The position numbers and the translations under genes are program-made. DNA of 64,000 nt, from assembly GCA_047495785.1 (NCBI GenBank), contig JBLDXI010000015.1, positions 868,001 through 932,000 of the forward strand. Direction: 5' to 3'. The DNA is from Lepidodermella squamata (lineage: Eukaryota > Animalia > Gastrotricha). The notes under the pieces are model-generated. The model worked only from the letters and a program-made list of their open reading frames with translations, did no database searches and was not told the DNA's origin. Shown here in pieces: positions 60,288 to 64,000 of the stretch; within the stretch, counting starts at the first letter, position 1; every line of letters begins with the position of its first letter.

Positions 60288-61187
60288 CCCAGTCAAAAGC
60301 CGGTGGGCCCATGGTAGGCCCATGGTAGGCCTTGTCCCTTGGGCCTAAGATGGGCCCATGTTAGCCCCGGCTGGGCCCTTGTTGGGCCCGAGTATGTCCG
60401 TTTTCCTGGGCCCAAGCTTGGATTTTGGGCCTGTTCTGGGCCTATTTTGGGCCCATTATTGGCATCCTAATTAAATAACACATCGGGTGTGTATTCTTTT
60501 ATCTTTTTTAATTAATCAAATTGCATTAAAAGGTTCACCGCATATGCTTCATTACATAGCATGGGATGGAATAGAAAACCTGCTACCTTGGTCACATAGG
60601 TCTAAACTCACCGCCAGGTAAAATAGAGATACAATCATAGAAGAGAGGGGATACAGGGACGAATCATGGTGAGAAAGAGATAAGGGACTATACAGGAGGA
60701 CCTTGTGATGTATTCATTTTTTTTCCAACGGTCTTGTTTTATTGGAAAAACGGTCTCTTGTTTAACAACTTCTGACCGACAGTAATAGCAATGATATCAA
60801 ATGCAGCAAATCTTAACAATTGTGATGTATTCAGTACATCAACGTGTGGCAGATCTTGATAATTCAGCTGGAATTTGACGTTTGACCCCCCTCGCGAGAG
60901 CTCAGCTTTTATTCCAGCTAACTAATTTGCATATGCACACAATTCATCAGCCTAATTAAGCATTCGATTGGGCCTATTTTGGGCCCGATCAAGAATCGGC
61001 ATTTAGACATCGGCACTTGGGCCTACCATGGGCCTAACAAACTTTGGGCCAATAATGGGCCTAACAAATTTTGGGCCTATAACGGGCCTAGCAACTAGCG
61101 TGGGCCTACCATGGGCCCATTGACTTCCTGCCTTGGGCCTATAGTGGGCCCCAAGGCCTACCATGGGCCCAAGGACTTTTGACTGGG
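60288..61187. mobile_element. Non-autonomous EnSpm/CACTA-type element, 900 bp
   Basis: TG|CCCAGTCAAAAG ... CTTTTGACTGGG|TG (2-bp TSD, CCC termini) with arrays of GGGCCC/GGGCCT subterminal repeats at both ends. Confidence 0.88.
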
Positions 61188-62548
61188 TGACTGGTTCGGT
61201 AATTATCGGTATTTTACGTGGAGTGACCGATTTTCTCTCGGAGGAATACATTTTTTTTATCTGATCCAGTATGTAGTGCGTTTTCTATTGAAGGGAAGGA
61301 CAAAATAAAAAGTTTTTCGTTTTCGTTTTCTATTGCGAAATGTCAAGAGTTATATTTACCGAGTTTTTTCCTGGGAAAATTCAATTTCCTGCGGCGAAAG
61401 TCGCGAAATGATCAAGGCCTTTCAAAGGTCCGGGAAAATCCCCGAAATTGCAAAAACTCGAAGCGCAGGCTTGTAATAAAAATTGAAGCTCGACATTTTT
61501 ATTTGAAAGAACGGCGATGTGTTTCCACAATTGAAAATTCATCGCGATATCGCCAATATTTTCATCATCAGTCACACCTGGACGTTATTCCAATTCCTAA
61601 ATGTAACCAGCATGATGAGATGCGGGTATATAAAACCGGTGGAGAATGATACTTAGATCGACTTCAACAAATCTTCAATGCATCTGTAATAATAGGTGCC
61701 AATTATTTTCAGACATCGCATGCATCGCCAATCCTAGAACAGAAATTTACTGCTATACCTAATCTGAAATCTGAAGATTAGGTAAAAATAGATAGTAAAA
61801 AATATAGTCAGTAAGTTGTATGCTGAATTTTGGATGGGGGATATGTTGGTTGTGAACTAATTCAAGCTCATCACCACCCTAATTTATTGCAGACGTTTCG
61901 CCTATTTTTGTTACACCGACATCCATCTAATTTTTTATTGTCAGCGATGTAATTACCTGTCTGGAGCATTTTTTACTAATACGCAGGGTCATTGAAGAAG
62001 TTGGATCAATATCATAACGCTCGAATATCAAATTTGTCCTTCAAATAAAGCATCCTGCCGTCACGACGCAGTGAGATTTTCAACCCTAGTTTTTGGCATG
62101 TCGAAAACGTGAATGCAAAACTGGTCAATAGACGTGACTGAAGTGTCTAAGTGCAGCGGAAACTTGCGGAGGCTTTGTCTGATATAGGATACGAAAAACA
62201 TATATCAAGACAATTTTCATAGTTTCGAATTTATTGTGACGACAATAACAGCCAGTTTGAAGATAGGTATTACTCTGTGATATAAGCCAATTTTATTAAA
62301 AGTATCCTAACCTTTTTTGTAGCTCCGAAGATTGATCCGGAGATTATGAGGCTCATGGGTTACGAATGGTCATAATAAGGATTTCAACCTGGGTCTGTTT
62401 CGAACTTATTTATGGCTTCCGAACTTGAGAATCCTAATTGAAAATCCATCCTTAAGTTCGAACACGTTTTCTCAAAATAACTTGAGTAATAAGCCTACTC
62501 CGCGACAAGTGACAAACATCTTATTAAAATCTTAGATTTTTTGAAAAA

Positions 62549-64000
62549 ATGAGGATCATCCTAATCCTGTACGCGATTCTACCAGTTCAACAATGCCAAG
62601 TCAAAGTTCTGAAGAAAGACTTCACCCTCCTGGTTCCATTTATGTTACCATTGGGTGGGACAGTCAATCCTATGGGTCCTTTCGCGACTGAGACAGCTCA
62701 GCTAGTCCTGGACACGATAAATGGCGGCAATCAAGTCCTACCTGGGTACAACTTGGTTCTGGATGTTGCCGACGATAAATGTACGGACAGTCCGGCTGTT
62801 CGAGCAGCCGTCAACCTGTTCACCAACTACAAACCTATGCGAGACGTATCAACGACGAATTCCACCGAATTCGGCACATTCCAACCATTGAAACTGGACT
62901 TTGTGAAAGAAACTGCGAAAATTGGCTACGTGCCACCGCTGTTTTTCGGCGGAATCTGCTCTGCAGCTTGCGTAGCAGCGGGTAAGTTTCCGCACCATTT
63001 TGGCTTCATCGACATGGTAACCGGTTGCAATGATCCGTCGATAGCTGATCGCAAGAAGTTTCCTAATGTCTACCGTTTCTTGCCATCCCTTGCTAGGGTT
63101 TCGGATATTCGAGGACAATTCTTCGATCTAATGAACTGGGACAAGGTGGCTATTGTTTCGGACGCAATTCAAGTCTCTTTTCTGGTAAAATTCCCCATGT
63201 GAATCTTTAGCTAATGATTTTCGCCTTTTTAGGACGCTTTTGGGATGATGAAAATGCTGCAGCAGCGGAATATTGAGATTGGAGCTCAGGAGTTCTTCTT
63301 CGATGATCCAACTGATGCCCTGTATCGGGTCAAAGCTTCCGATTCGCGAATCATCTTCGCAACTTGTTTTGTCAACGTTTGCCCAAAAATCGCTTGCACT
63401 GCCCTGAAAATCGGCCTTCACGGGCCGAAATACATCTGGGTATTCAGAACAGCCACCGATCTGCTCAGCCCTGCGTTACAACGACCGGATGGCTGTGACC
63501 AATCAATGACAGACCGATTTGCAGAGCGATCTCTGTACATTGGGGCTGATAACGAGGGGCTGTCCTTAGATCCCGAGAAAACAATCAGTCAGATTGGGAT
63601 AAGTATGAAGTACTACAACGATTACCTGGCTAGTAGAACTCAGGGTGTCCCGCGTAACGGGGCTTACTCGTGGCGATTTTTCGTGTTCGAAGCTGTGCAC
63701 AATGCTGCTAACATTCTTCACAACGTGGAGAAAGATCTGAACAAAAGCAAGTTACTTTTGTACCTAACTAACGTCAATAATGTTCTTTTCATTAGGAAAT
63801 GAGACATTAAGGGACCTAATTATGGACGCTTCGAGGCGGAACGAGCTCACGGAGCTAGTTAGGCTGAAAACTTTGAATATTGACGTCGAAGGCCTGAGCG
63901 GTCGAACAGCTTTCATGCCAAACACAACGGAGTCCACGACCCCTGTAATCATCGTCGATCAGGTTCAAAATGGTGTTAGAAAAACAGTTTGGTCCTATAA
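62549..64000 (+). CDS. Class C GPCR, close paralog of 38290-40848, runs off the window (exons 62549-63172, 63233-63746, 63796->64000)
   Basis: Long stretches of identical protein sequence to the minus-strand receptor and the same intron positions; the second intron uses a GC donor. Confidence 0.9.

Noticed and set aside
60300-61180. GGGCCC repeat arrays as CRISPR-like or coding repeats
   Set aside because: Irregular subterminal repeats of a CACTA-type element, with no constant repeat-spacer period.
1-64000. tRNA, rRNA or snoRNA genes (including intronic snoRNAs in Hsp70)
   Set aside because: None recognisable by eye; an Infernal/Rfam scan would be needed to exclude them.

Overview
Intron-containing animal (invertebrate metazoan) genomic DNA with many ~50-nt GT-AG introns; the ORF track breaks most genes into exons. 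Host genes: a secreted, probably GPI-anchored ASABF-type defensin-like protein (-); a 6-exon cytosolic Hsp70 (-, 12522-27025, 642 aa, ending GPKIEEVD) head-to-head with the first of three paralogous membrane-anchored J-domain (DnaJ) genes; three GABA-B-like class C GPCRs; a 3-finger C2H2 protein; a 7-exon Tiam1/still-life-type Rac GEF; and two small paralogous single-pass membrane ORFs. The first ~34 kb is dense with nested DNA transposons (CACTA/EnSpm-like, MULE, Harbinger/Myb remnants, Tigger-like MITEs) and a LINE tail. The main finding is a 5.6-kb, apparently intact transposon (17354-22963) inside Hsp70 intron 3. It has 41-bp TIRs starting CTTAGTG and a 2-bp AA target duplication, shown by an empty-site copy at ~14200. 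It encodes a 10-exon RAG1/Transib-like DDE transposase, a PB1-like/Myb-like accessory gene, and a divergent spliced gene with an optional zinc-finger exon. All splice models were built by hand from GT/AG signals and frame continuity. Family assignments come from motif recognition, not database searches.
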